A stretch of DNA of 64,000 bases. Source: Bilabrum cf. latius. Lineage: Eukaryota. Positions 37,901 to 50,153 of this stretch are shown here, in pieces (positions within the stretch are counted from its first letter, which is position 1; each line of letters begins with the position of its first letter). The stretch lies in contig OZ237737.1 in assembly GCA_965178125.1 (NCBI GenBank), forward strand, positions 434,001 to 498,000. Reading direction: 5' to 3'. Below the pieces are notes generated by a model that was not told the DNA's origin, ran no database searches, and saw nothing but the letters and a program-made list of their open reading frames with translations. A program made the position numbers and the translations under genes.

Positions 37901-40900
37901 GGTTCCGATGGGTCCCCGTGAAGACGAGGGCAATCCGTGCACCAAAGCGAAGGCGTGCAGCGAACCGTCCTGCTTGGACTCATAGACCAAGTAGGTTCCG
38001 TTCATCGAGGCGTAGTTTTGCTGGGCGTAGACTCCATTCTTGTTGTGACCGTACACCACGTCATCACCCGATTCACCCTGCGGTACAGAAGCCTCGGCTG
38101 CAAGGGCTTCGTCCTCGCGGCCCTCGCTCCTCAAGATAGCTGCGGCCTTGGCAATGGACAGGCGTTCGTACCAGCCACCGAGGTGATGAGCTGCGACAGT
38201 GGCCGGGCTGGTGCTGACGATTTCGGGTGCCGAGACGTACAGGGCCGGCATCGTCTCACAACGCCCAGTAACGGGATCCCTTGCATAGTTTCCGGCGCAC
38301 TGGCACTCGGACACAGATTTGGCTCCCTCCTTTCTCGTGGTGGATCCACCGGGGCACTGAATGCACTCTGTGTTGTCGTCATCCGGAGCATAGGTGCCGG
38401 CGGGGCACTTGTTGCAGACGTGGTTGGGGCCGCTCGGGGCCTGGCCAGCTGGGCACTGGCACAAGAACCCCGCGGCATTGCTGGCAATCTCGCATCCGTG
38501 CCTGCATATGGACCCCGGCATACCTGCATCGCACAGGTCAGTGCGCGCCTCACACTGGCCAGTGGCGGGATTAAGGCGATGCAGGGGGTTGCTGCACACG
38601 CAGCTGGTGGAATCGGCCACGCTTGTGGCGCCCTGGGGACACGAGTCACATGAACTCGCCCCCACGTCGACAGAGAACGTGCCCGCTGCGCACTTCTTGC
38701 AGGCACCGGCCTCTTCGAATGTCCCCGGTGGGCAGCCGCACTGCGCCTCCGACGTGGCTCCAGCAGGGGAGGACAGGTGCCCCACCTCGCTGCCAGCGGG
38801 GGCGGCTCCGCAAGACTTCACTTCGTCCGCCTCAAAGTAGTACCCAGGCAGCGCGCCCTTGCAGGTCATCTCGATGTCGCTGTCACCGAGGCCCGCCAGT
38901 GAGCCGTCACCCGTCGGACCCTCGACCCTGTTCCAGCAGTTGGTGTCGCGCCCGTGCTCCGCTGTAGTCAGCGTATCGGGCAGGTTGATCGCGTTGGATC
39001 TGCATGCCAGCATTGGGTACACGTCAGCAGCCTCGCGAGCGCCCGCCAGGTACTCTGTCACCGCCTGGATGCTTCGGGCGGCGTGCCACTCGCCCTTGGT
39101 GCTCTTCCAGATGCTCTTGCCGTCGCTAGTGGTCCATAGCTGCTGAACGTCGTAAGCAGGGTTATCAATGAGGGAGAAGGTCCCACTGAGATCGAATCCG
39201 AGCTTGGCAGTGCCTGCCTCGCCGCTGAACGTAATTTGGAGGGACCCGCAGGCAAGGCGGTCGCACTTGTCGCTCCCGCTAGAGCTCGTACCAGACATGG
39301 AGCCGTGGTTAAGGTTGCACGCAACGCACGAATCGGGCCGAATAGGCTCGAACGCAGCGAACGTGTCGATCGGGCAGGCCTCGCAGTCCGCGTTGGAGCG
39401 TACGGCGCTCGATGCGACCGCGGGCTGGGTTCCTGCCGGGCACACGCAGGCCGAATCGCTATACGGACCATATCCAACGTCCGCAGGAGCCGTGTCTTGG
39501 CACACACACTGCACGTGGATGTCACCAGCCCCACCACTGCTGTAGTTGCCGGGCAATGCGATTGGATCTTGCTGCTCAACCGCAATGGGTCCCACGCTGG
39601 GCATGCTGCCGTTCGCCATGGTCTGGGGGGCCAGCTGCTCGCCGGGCAGGTTCCACGTGCTGTAGGTGCTCGCCTCGTCCCGCGGCTCCCTGGTCAAGTA
39701 CCAGTCGGTAGAGATGGCGCTGCCAGATCCTTGGCTAGAAGCAACGGCCCACATGTAAGAGTACAGGTGTGCCTCCCTCACCTTATGGCCATACACTGGA
39801 GAGCTGCCCTTGGAGGGAGCTTCCACGAGCCCGTAGTGTCCGTTGACCAGATCGCTAGCCATGCCGCTCACCTGCAACGCAAGGCAGGTCTGGGGCTGCA
39901 GGCCGGCACGCGTGAGCGGCTGCTCGGGACTGCCGACCGTGCGGGCAGTGCTTGCGGTCTGCTGGCCCTGATCGTCCTGGCACACCTCCTGCTTGCGCGA
40001 GCTGCCCGGGGCAGTGCTGTTGGCGGGACACTCGGTGCAAAATCCCTGCGAGCCGCTGTAGTCTGCGATGGTATCCTCGGGACACATGCACACCAGGCCA
40101 GCCTCAAAGGGCGAGTCGGACGCGCCCATGCTGATGGTCCTCGGCTTGTCCGTGGCCCGTCGCTGCAGGGTCACCACCCAGGCTGACCCCGTCCATCGCA
40201 TCGTGGAGAAGTCTGCCTCGGCCTTCCAGTGCGGCCGGCCCTCCACGAGGCCGCGCTGGCGCACGAGCACACCGAACGGGGAGCTGACCTTGGGGCACGG
40301 CAGCCTGCCACTACTCCTGGAGATGAGGATGGCGTGCTCCCTGGTGTCACCCGCGATGCGGGGAGTCGCTCGGACGGTGAGGTAGAACAGCTTACCGGGC
40401 TCGAGGTGCGTGGTGGGCAGCTCGTCATGCTCGGCCAGCGAGGCACTCGCAGTGACCGCGCCCGGGCTGCAGGGCACTCCGGTGACGTACGCGCGCGTGT
40501 CGATGGGCGAATCGTACCCGAGTACCTCCCTGGGTGGCGCGTCGTCAGAATGCAGAGCAACGTGGACGTCGATGTCGTTGCTGGTGGAGAGCCCGAGTGC
40601 CTCGGTGCCGCACGTAGACACGCCGATGCTGCCGCCTGCGGGTGCTACCACCCGCCACACGAAAGTGCGCACGTTTGCAGTGGCAAACACGGCAGTGTGC
40701 GTCTGCTGTAGGTCAAACACGGGGGCGTTGAGCAGACGCTCCCTGACGGATTCCTGGCAGCTGAACAGGGAGCAGCCGTGCCCCTTAATGCCGTCGCCGT
40801 ACTGGTCCGTGTACTCGATGGCCACAGCGCTCTCTGGCATGTCGCCGTTGATGCGGTCGACCGAGTCCAGGATGGAGTCCGGCCATCCTACCGTTGATTC

Positions 40901-43222
40901 CTTATGCTGGATGGCGAAGTAAGGACCAGAGAACTCCTCGCGGTGTCCGTCCCTGGACCCGTCACCGTCGTAGATATACGTGTAGCCGGGTGGAATGCCA
41001 TTGGCAGAAAATCCAACCGGTCGATTCTGCGCGTCCAGGCCCGTGTCGATGTAATGCGTGAGCTCCATCTGCTCGCCAACCTCGACGGTCACGAGCTGGA
41101 GGTCGCCCCGCTTGTCGGTTCCGCGGTAGTGCACCGGGTCCATGTCCGAGCGAGTGCCCAGCATCTGCGACGCAATGAAAAAGGCGAGATAGACTAGCAG
41201 TGCATACTTGAGTGCATCTCCTTGGCGTTCCCGACTTCAACTCGATCGAAAGCAGCTCTCATTCGTTCGTCTCACCAGCCATTCCCGGAAGTACCCTCCT
41301 GGGGTCTTGGCGCGGTTGGGGAGGGGTTTGAAGTCGGGGCCCTCCAGCGACACGCCCACGCACTGGTCCAGAGAAGCCTCCCTCTCTGCCTTGGCCCGCT
41401 GGGACGGGGCGGTATCGGGGGTCACCTGCAGCGGCTCGCGGCGCATGTCGTAGGGCGCCAGGGTGAACTCTGATCCGCTGGGGCTGCAGTCGGGGCACGA
41501 CGGGCTGGGGCCCTCGGGTGTGACGAGTGAAACTCGGTCTCTCGGCAGCCAGGTGCTGAACCACCTGTAGGCGCAGTGGAGGTTGTCGATAGGTGCTGTG
41601 CCGCTCCCCATGACCTCCATCTTGTTGCCGTACTCCGCCGCACCGTACGATGCGTGGTTGTAGCCGTAGTTGTGACCGATCTCCTGCGGGGCAACGATGG
41701 ACAAAAATGGACCAAAATCGAATCGTGCAGCGGCGCAGTCGCGGTGCGCGGCTGATGGCGCAACGCGCGGCAGGAATTATGTGACGAGTGCGATTCGGGC
41801 TGTGCTCACGTGCGCGACGACTGTCCGACCGAAGGCGGCGGGGTACGATCCGTGGTACCAGGACTGCTGCCCGATCATCACGCCCACCCCGCCAGCTTCC
41901 ATGAACCCCCCTGGAAGCCACCAGAGCACAAAGTCGAAGTTGCCAAGCAGGTCTGCGGCCTGCCCCTCAGTCGACTGGAGGAAGGCCTCCGAGGCGGTGC
42001 GGTAGCCGTTCTTGGGTGGGACCGTGTCGATCGTGACGGGGTCGTTGATGGTAACAGCGATGGAGAGCTTTCCTAGGCTCCACTCGTTGAGGGCGCGCAC
42101 GGCGGCGTTCACGTTGCGGGCGATCCCGGCCTTGTACGCCTCGTAGTCATCGCCGGAGGGATGCTCCTATCCGCGCCACTGCAGCAGCTGCACCACGGCG
42201 GTTCGCTCTCCCACATCAAGGCCCGCTTCTACCCAGCTGAACAGGCGTCGGTCAGCCCTGGATTGGTCAGCGCTGGCGCTACCCTTTGCCGTGAGGTCGC
42301 TCGGTGCGTTCAACACGTTGGTGACCCGTTCGCCGACAGGCTCGACAACCTTGGCTTCTTCGACGAGCAGCAGGTCTTTCCCATCGCCGCCCATTTCTAC
42401 GTCACCTGGGAGCAAGAAGCCTGTCAGGTGCAGCTGTGCGGGCGAGGCTGCGTGCTTGCGGAGGAGGTGCTCGACTTGTTCAGAAGCCGTCACGACGTCA
42501 GCTCGCCTCGGGTTCGTGCTCGCATACAGGTCGTGTGACTCCAACCGCACCCCATTTAGGACAGAATGAGCCGCAGGGCCGCTCTCGCGCACGGCTGCCA
42601 CGGGGTCGTCTTCAGGCACGCCGCCATCAGACAGCAGGACGGTCATGGGCGCAGAGCACAGCGGCTTTCCGGCGTCCACGACTGTTCCATCCGGCAGGGT
42701 GGACTTCCTTAGGTCTGGTACGCAATTCATGGAAATGGGATGCGATGCAAGGTCCGATATTTCTTGCTCCATGAATCCCTGGACGGACAGAGGCACAGAC
42801 GAGGCTTGGTATTCATGCACCGTGCGTTGAGCGAGTCGACGCCCTCCAACACCCTGCGAGTTGTAGTAGGAATAATTTCAGTGTAACAGAACAGGCTAAT
42901 GCAATTTAATTGCTGGAAGAGCGTGAGTTTTTCGCAGACATACCTCCTTGAGAAGCTCGAGAATATCCCGAGTTCCTTGCGCTGACATCGTGGCACGCGC
43001 CCTCAGAATACTGAGCCTGTCAGCAGCGATGCTTGCACCTTTAGCAAAGTCATGCTACGTATCATGTCCATCGATCTAAGCTAGCCATCGATTGAGCCTT
43101 TCACTCATCTCGTGGGCGAGACTGACCGATGATTCGGCTGGATCTGCGACATTGACTTGTGCAGTAGCCTGTACGAAAACAGCCGCCGATACAGCGGCAG
43201 TCACGTATCGAATCAATCGCAT
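25928..43222 (-). CDS. Giant type-I membrane protein (~5655 aa): M11/gametolysin-like metalloprotease, Cys-rich and EGF repeats, duplicated module, mucin-like stalk, TM helix
   Basis: Exons 43222-42944 (signal peptide MRLIRYVTAAVSAAVFVQATA), 42853-41810, 41683-41276 and 41164-25928, all joined by phase-0 GT-AG introns. Spliced motif VVAH|EIGHNYGYNHASYGAAEYGNKMEVMG. Eleven ORF-track pieces in the last exon share a frame and are separated by TAG. TM helix near 26065-26140; stop TGA at 25928. Confidence 0.85.
27001..27165 (-). repeat. 60-bp coding tandem repeat (~2.7 copies), Ser/Thr-rich unit TPSTTMSAGASVSPSTTSSA
   Basis: Lines starting at 27001, 27061 and 27121 are near-identical. Confidence 0.9.
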
Positions 43223-43455
43223 GATCCACCTTCCCAAACTAGCTCCTCTTTGTTGCCACAGAGACGCAAAGGAATTGATGAGAATGTGGATTTATTGTAA
43301 GTTACGCACCGTGAGACAGCAGCGTGATTGGCGACCCGTACCATTCGTCACACATTGCAGGATCGCGCAGGATCGTGCAATGCAGTAACTCGGAGTCACA
43401 AAAATGAAGACGCCCCATTAAAGCAGACGCTCCTCAAGGAGCCCAACCAGCAGCC

Positions 43456-45555
43456 ATGGAGCATTCATCAAGGGGTTTGCATAGTGGTGCTCGGACGCGT
43501 GAGAACCCGGTAGCGGGTGTGCCGATCTCGTCTCCATCCCACTTACCACGGAGCGCCGCTGACGCGACTTCCAGCCAAAGCTAGATGCCTCCTAGGCTTC
43601 CACGGTCACCGTATATTGACAAATAGATAGCACTTGCTAAGCTGGTGAGTCCAGGTGCGCCAGTAGGCGGGCCTGTACCTCATCCCTAGTCGAAGCGACG
43701 GAGAGCAGACGTCGACATGAGGGCTATTGAAGGACTGGAAGGCGTTGGTTACAAGTAGTTTGCAGATCCGCGCATATTGGAAGCGAGTCGTAGGGCATTC
43801 ATGAGATAGATAAGCCCAGAGACCATGGGAAGTTCCACGCCAGGCGGATACCGCAGTACCGGTGCCGGTCTGGAAGTCCACGCAGCTCGATCTGGCGGCA
43901 GCTCATTACAAGATCAAAGGATCGGAATATCTTCAGCTGCTGCATCGGCACGCGACTCGAGTGTTGCGGGTGGCAGCGAATCCAGCTCAGGTTAGGAGGA
44001 GGCAGCCCTTTCTGAAGCCACACAAAATTCAAGGGCCGCTCGCTTGCGGCTGGAAAACATCCGGTTGCGAAAGTGGCGGGGAATGCTCCTCTACTGGGAC
44101 TACTTTCGTGGCAACAATCCTGGCAAGATAAAGTCGAGGTGCCGGAAAGGCATTCCAGACGCAGTCCGGGCCCAGGCCTGGGCAGCTCTGCTCGGGCTGC
44201 CGCCCGACGGCGGCGCGCAAGCGTACATTGGCGGCGGGCAGACCTTGTACCCCGGTACCAGTGCATCTTCGAGTGGTAGCAATGGCCCTGGTGCGGCCTC
44301 AGCTGCACTGGCGCAAGCACCACTTTCGCACGGGAGCGCTCTATCCGCTGCACCGGCGGGGGAAACCGGAGCAAGATCAGCAGCAAGATCAGCAGCAAGA
44401 TCAGCAGCAAGCCAAGCCGGTGCACCCGAGGCCGACGGTGGTGTGTATCCCTTGAGAATATCTGCGCAGGCGGCGAGTGCACCGGCGGCGGCGGCGGTGA
44501 GAGGTGCGAGCGGGGCAGGCGCACACGCCCCCCCCACACTAGAGCTAGCTGGGGGAGGAAGGCACGACCCTATCCGCCCAGATATACTGAGCAATCCAGA
44601 AAGCACGCCCAGCTACAGAGTGCTCCTCGCGAGGGGACCTTGCATCGGCAGCGAGGCACTCTCTCCAAGCGCGGTGATCGACGTAGACATCGCGCGCACG
44701 TATCCGGCCCAGCCACTCTTTCACGCTTCCTTGGGCTCGGCCTCCAGCCACGGTCAGACTGCCCTCAGGAACATCCTACGGGCCTACGCCACACTGGACC
44801 CGCACGTGGGGTACTGTCAGGGCATGGCCTTCCTGGCCGCGATGCTGCTCTCCTATATGCCTGAAGAGAGGGCATTCTACGCCTTCGTTGCACTGATGGC
44901 GCAGCCCCCGACCAGGATGGCGGGCATGTTCACTCACGACCTGGGCATGGTCAGGGTCAAGCAGCACCAGCTGAGGAAGGGCATCGAGAAGTGCCTCCCC
45001 AAGGTGCACGCTGCCCTACTCAAGCACGACGTGAACGAGTCGATGTGGGCCACGCACTGGGTGCTCACGGCACTCTCACACAGCTTCCCGTTCGCCGTGG
45101 TTGCCAGGTTGTGGGACGCTTTCCTCTCCGAAGGATGGAAGGCTGTGCTGCGGTTCTGCCTCGCGGTTCTGGCCGTGTTTGCGCCGGAGATCGAAGACAG
45201 CGAGTCGTTTGAAGAACTCATGGGTGTACTGGGCACCATCCCGCAGGTGCTTAAGGCCAGATTGGACAACCCAGAAGGGTTAGAAGGGTCAGAGAGGGAA
45301 TCGGATCGAACGAGACGGGAGCCGCTGACTGTGGATGGGCTCGCGCAGCTGGCTTGGAGCATGCCGCTTGTCTCGCGAGAGCTGGCCGTTTGGGAGCAGG
45401 AGGGCTTGGAAGAGCTTGCAAAGCAGAGAGAGAAGGACAAGGCAAGACAGGCCGCTGCAGAGGTCAGGCGGCAGGCCAGGGCAGCCGCCAAAGCGCAGCA
45501 GAAGCTGGACGAAGAGGCCAGATCGAAGGCCGTGGAGGGTGCCCCTTCGTCGTGA
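43456..45555 (+). CDS. TBC-domain Rab GTPase-activating protein (~699 aa)
   Basis: Motifs CRKGIPDAVRAQAW, IDVDIARTYP (Arg finger), GYCQGMAFLAA (Gln finger) and RLWDAFLSEG. The frame extends 5' through five TAG to GCCATGG at 43456; stop TGA at 45553. Confidence 0.9.
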
Positions 45556-45889
45556 GCTCTTCCATGCACGTCTGGTGCCACAGAGCATCGCTGTGATAGT
45601 GGATTGGACACCGGATGGGTGGTAGGATGAGACACAAAAATTGACCTCTGAAGATCATCCTTTCTGTACACTTATGTCTGCCTCGTTTGCATGCAGGCGT
45701 CTGGCATCTAGATCTGGATTCCGGCTTGGGGCGGCTTCGCCGACCTGTGGGGTTGGCCTTCCCAAGATTAGTTGAGAGGATCGCTGATTCGGTCGGGCCA
45801 TCCCCTCCCCCCCTTCTCTTTCGCCCGAAATGACGGTTTGAGCCAAGCAGGCAGCGCATGCGCGCCTCCCAGTCGCGATGGTGCCAGGC

Positions 45890-48800
45890 TTATTGCCTGC
45901 CGTAGCTCGACTGGGCACCCGCTGCGGCCATCTTGGCTAGCCTCCGCTGTTTCCACTGCTCTCTTTCTGCATCCCTCAAGTACTAAACCATCTGTGATAT
46001 ATGCTTTGAGGCCGCCTGCCAGTCGGGCTCCATCTCGCCGCCCCCAATGTCAGGAATGATGCGGGCCAGGTTGGGCTTCTGCCCGCCATACTGCACGGTC
46101 GGGCCCAAGGTCCACTTGTGGGCGTGACCCCACTCCGGTACTGCCACGGCGCCCGCAGGCACGCGAATATCACCGCTTAGTGTGCGGCATTTCCTGTCTT
46201 CGCCCTTCTCCATCTTGTGCTTGGGGGTGAGGCAGCCCACGGGGAATGCGCTCTGCCGCTCCATCGAGGGCCGCAACAGCTGCTCCCATTCCTAAGACGT
46301 TTCCATCTGCCGACTCCACAAGATGTGCCTCAGGACTTGGACGCGTGCCGTGTCCTTGGCTGACAGGGGAGTCCTGTGCAGCTCCAGGCCCAGATCATCG
46401 GCATCCGCCAGCTTCTTGGCATCACCCTCCAGCCGCTTCACCGCAGGTTGTTCCCCGGCGAAGGGGTTGATGAGGGAGTCGAGCAGCAGGGGCACGCTAG
46501 GGGTGGCCCTGTACTTGGCGCGCAAGCCTGCAACGAACACCGCACCACGCCACGCCTCATCCCCGTTCGGCATGGAATCCATCAGCTCCTGCACCTCCTT
46601 GTCCAGTCTTGGCCTGATCAGCTCACGGACAGCAGTCCCATCGCCCTCCTCCCCCGTGGGCTCGCTGGGAGTAGTGGGCATGAGGGAGCTCCAGTACCAG
46701 CTCTGGCTGATCTCGGTGTATGCCTTGCGGTTCGACGGGGTGCCGACCCGCTTGGATCCCGCGGCCTCGTCCCACACGTTCTCCTCAAAGCAGTTGGGCA
46801 GGTCATCGGGGTGCACAAGGAACTTGCCCTGGGGCAAGGAGCTGTCCAACTTGGCAGACAGAACAGCTGGCGTCATGCGCAGCACCTCCGCCGATGGCTG
46901 AGTCACAAGCACTTCCACTGGGCAGCTGAGCCTGGCCGGCGATAGGAGTCCTCGGATGACTCGGTGAAGGCCGCTCATCGCCACAGAGTCGTGATTGTGC
47001 GCCCTCCAAGGCACTTCTGGACTGAGGTCGAACATAGTCAGCTCTGCCAGCTCTTGCTCGTCTGGCATGACGTCCTTTAGGTGCTATTGCGCCTCGTGCA
47101 TGGCCTGCGCTCGCTTGGGGCAGGGCTTCTTTGCAAAGGTGGTGCCGTGGGAGTCAACTTCGATGCAGCCAGATCGTACCAAGGCCTCGCGAGCCAGCCG
47201 CCGCGCATCCGCGCACAGCTGCATGATGTACCTTCGCTCTACGGTGGGCAGGGGCACGACCCTCCCGTGCGGACCCATGGCCCGCGCGAGCGGCTGGCTC
47301 TCTCGCATCGCTCGGATGAATCCGCGTGCCGGATACACGGGGCTGTTCACGTCGTCAGAGTCTACTGAGCGGAGAGACAAGCCAGCTCCGCGCGTTTCCT
47401 CTTTCTTCTGCTGCACCGTGGGGTCCATAGCTCTGGAAATCGCCCTGGTTCGCTCCCTGATCTGGTGCCTCGATGCAGGGGTCCCTCTTGACCTGTCATC
47501 GGAATTCATCTGGGCCACCTTCCACTCCTGATACGATGCCTCGCTGGCAGCCGAGTACAAGCACACGAGATAATTCTTGATCCGGAGGCATTCCTGCTGC
47601 TGGATAATGTACTCTGCGCGTCGGCTCAGCGAAGCCGCGCGCTGGGACTCCTTGGCTCCTGTGCGACCAGCCTCGTAGAGGGCGGGGCCAGACCTCGCGT
47701 CTCCGATCAGCGTGTCGATTGAGAACTGTCGCAGGGCCGGACTGTGCGCAAAGGCGGCGTCCTTCACGAGTCTGTCCATCCACAGGTGGTTCGCCGTCAC
47801 TTCGATGGGCCTCGCTCGCGCAGGCAGCGCCATGGTCGTGTTATCCTCGTACGGGCGCTGGTGCGGCATCGCTCCGATCAGCTCCAAGAATCGCTGCATG
47901 TGGTAGCCGCCAGCGAACGGTTTCTGTGCCCCACTGTCCACCTCGATCGTGTATTTCTTGACGATGTCTAGCAAGCTCTTCGGCAGAGGGTGAAAGAACA
48001 TGGGATCCCTCACCCCAATGGCAGCCATCGGGTCCCTCCCCAGAGCGTCCTTCTGCCTTCGCAGCCGGGCAGACAGCAGGTCGTCCTGCACGATGCAAGT
48101 GCGGCTGTCGAGCGGAAGCTTCGCCCTAGTGGCCTGCTGGGTGGCCAGGATGGGCCCGCTCTCCGAGACGGACACGTTCCTGGCCGTCACAACGCCCTTG
48201 CTGTTCACGGGAAAGTGGTTGAACGGAAGCAGCGGGTCCAGCAGGACAACACCAGAAACAGCACCCGCGTTCCTGGCGGCAAAATGCAGGGTGGACAGCC
48301 AGTTCATGTGGGCGCCGACCAGTATAACAGGGTCGTCGGACTGCACGGTGGATCGCAGCACAGCGGTGAGCTCCCTTGATTCGAGCTCGGGAGTCGGCGC
48401 GAACGGAAGCCGGACTCCCGTGAAAGGCGCGTAGGGAGAGGGGATAGGCCTCCGGACGGTAAGCGCCATCCTGTGGCAGAGCATGTGGTCAAAATCCAGC
48501 AGCGCGTTCTGCAATGTCTGCTAGCTCTCGCTGTGCGCGTCGGCGTACCCGTGCGTTGGGTCCATGGCGCCGTACAGCCAGGCGTGTTCCTTCTTTAATC
48601 GTTGCTGTTGAGAGGCACGCAGCCGCCTGAGGATCCCAGAGGGGTCTGTCTTGTCGTTGAGGTTGTCGATTCCACCAAAGGTGCGCATCGTGTCGAACTC
48701 CTTGCGGCCTTTCTCACACTCCTCCTCGCTGCCCGGGTTGCCGTGCGCCCGCGCGAGCACTTTGAGCATGTTCTCGACGAAATCCTTCCCATTTTCCGAG

Positions 48801-49966
48801 CTCTTGATCATGCCAATGGCCCTGGTACCGGCTGCGATGGGATCCATGACCTTGCGATCCTCTTCCTTGGAGTTCTGCTTGTGCTTCGGATCCGCGCCAC
48901 TTGGGCTGCCACTGCTGCCTGCAGTGCTGCCTTGGTCCGAGCCATTCGAGCCGACCTTGCTGCCGCCCGCTCTGGCCTTGATGTGCTCCCCATTGGTGAC
49001 TACTTTGTCGATTTCATCCAGCACTGCGTGCGTGGCCCTGACTAGTGCGCTCGCTCGCTCCGTGTCGCTCGTTCGAACCATCATGGGGTCGATCATGTGC
49101 TTGCTCTGAAAGGAGCGCATGAACGACTTCGAGGCTGCCTCTAGTGCATTAAATCGATCCACCGGTTTTGCGCCTGCAGCGTCGCGGTAGTCGGCAGCGA
49201 TGATTGGGCCGGCATCCGGCCCCAGGCCTGCGTGCTCATACGCCACGACTCTTACGGTGCGGCCCAGGGCGCGCATCAGCGGTGCTGCCATGGTGATTGT
49301 ACCGGCGTTGATTACGACGACTGGTCCCGAGGGAGGTCCCGTTTCCCACACACGAATGGCGTACCTTCTGCCGCCGTGCTTGAACTCCACGACACGCCTG
49401 CGCGTGTGCGGCGCCGGCCCGTCCTCCAAATTGTCGAAAATGGGCTCCTGCTCTGCTAACCGAGGATCCTGAAGATTCTAGAAGATCTATGATAGCTCAG
49501 GCATGAGCCCCTTCTTGGTTGGGGGTAGCGAAGGAAGGAACGACAACGACTGCGACCTAAAGACGCGCGGCAGCTGCGAACAAACGCCGAGCATCGCGCT
49601 CTTTGACTCCCAGTTGTAGAAATCCCACTCCAAATCTCTTAGATAGCTATTTACGAACGTTGCTGCTAGTCCATACAGGACCAAGCGCCTCCACATCGGC
49701 CATCGTCTTGATTTCCTATTTCGGTCATCACCACCTGACGATCCCTCCTATGCATTGCCCGGCGTGGACACTAAATTATCTGCATTATTTGTCCGATTTG
49801 GAGGCCCAGACTGCTTGGCGGGCCCATTTGATCCCCCTAATACGGGTGGGAGTTGCTGGATCGACGCTGCTGACGAGCGAATCATCCTGCCACGGCCAGA
49901 CTACCAGCTCCTCAGCTGGAGCCGCCAAAGCTTTCCTACTGCTCCTTTCATTCGAATTGACTGCAT
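45890..49966 (-). CDS. Alpha/beta-hydrolase-fold-like protein with probable mitochondrial presequence and TM helix (~1358 aa)
   Basis: Five ORF-track pieces share a frame joined through TAG. ATG at 49966 (alternative 49951), stop TAA at 45890. Arg/Ser-rich acid-free N-terminus, hydrophobic segment LVLYGLAATFVNSYL, and motifs GPVVVINAG, RVVAYEHAGLG and PVILVGAH...AVSGVVLLDP. Confidence 0.7.
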
Positions 49967-50153
49967 TCTATTAGAAGACCACACTCAAGAATGCTGTATC
50001 GTGATTGGACGGAGACGAACGTTCGTAAAAACTCTAACTTCGGTTCGCTGCCGACTGGCCGGCGCTTGACTTGCACATAATTGAAGAGACAATAAGCCAA
50101 TGGACAATACAATACAACGCACTCAGATGTAAACCAATGCGACCCGATCTGCC

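Noticed and set aside
26787-40186. Long plus-strand ORFs (e.g. 26787-27983 and 39236-40186) as overlapping genes
   Set aside because: They are antisense shadows of the GC-rich, codon-biased giant gene and have no recognisable motifs.
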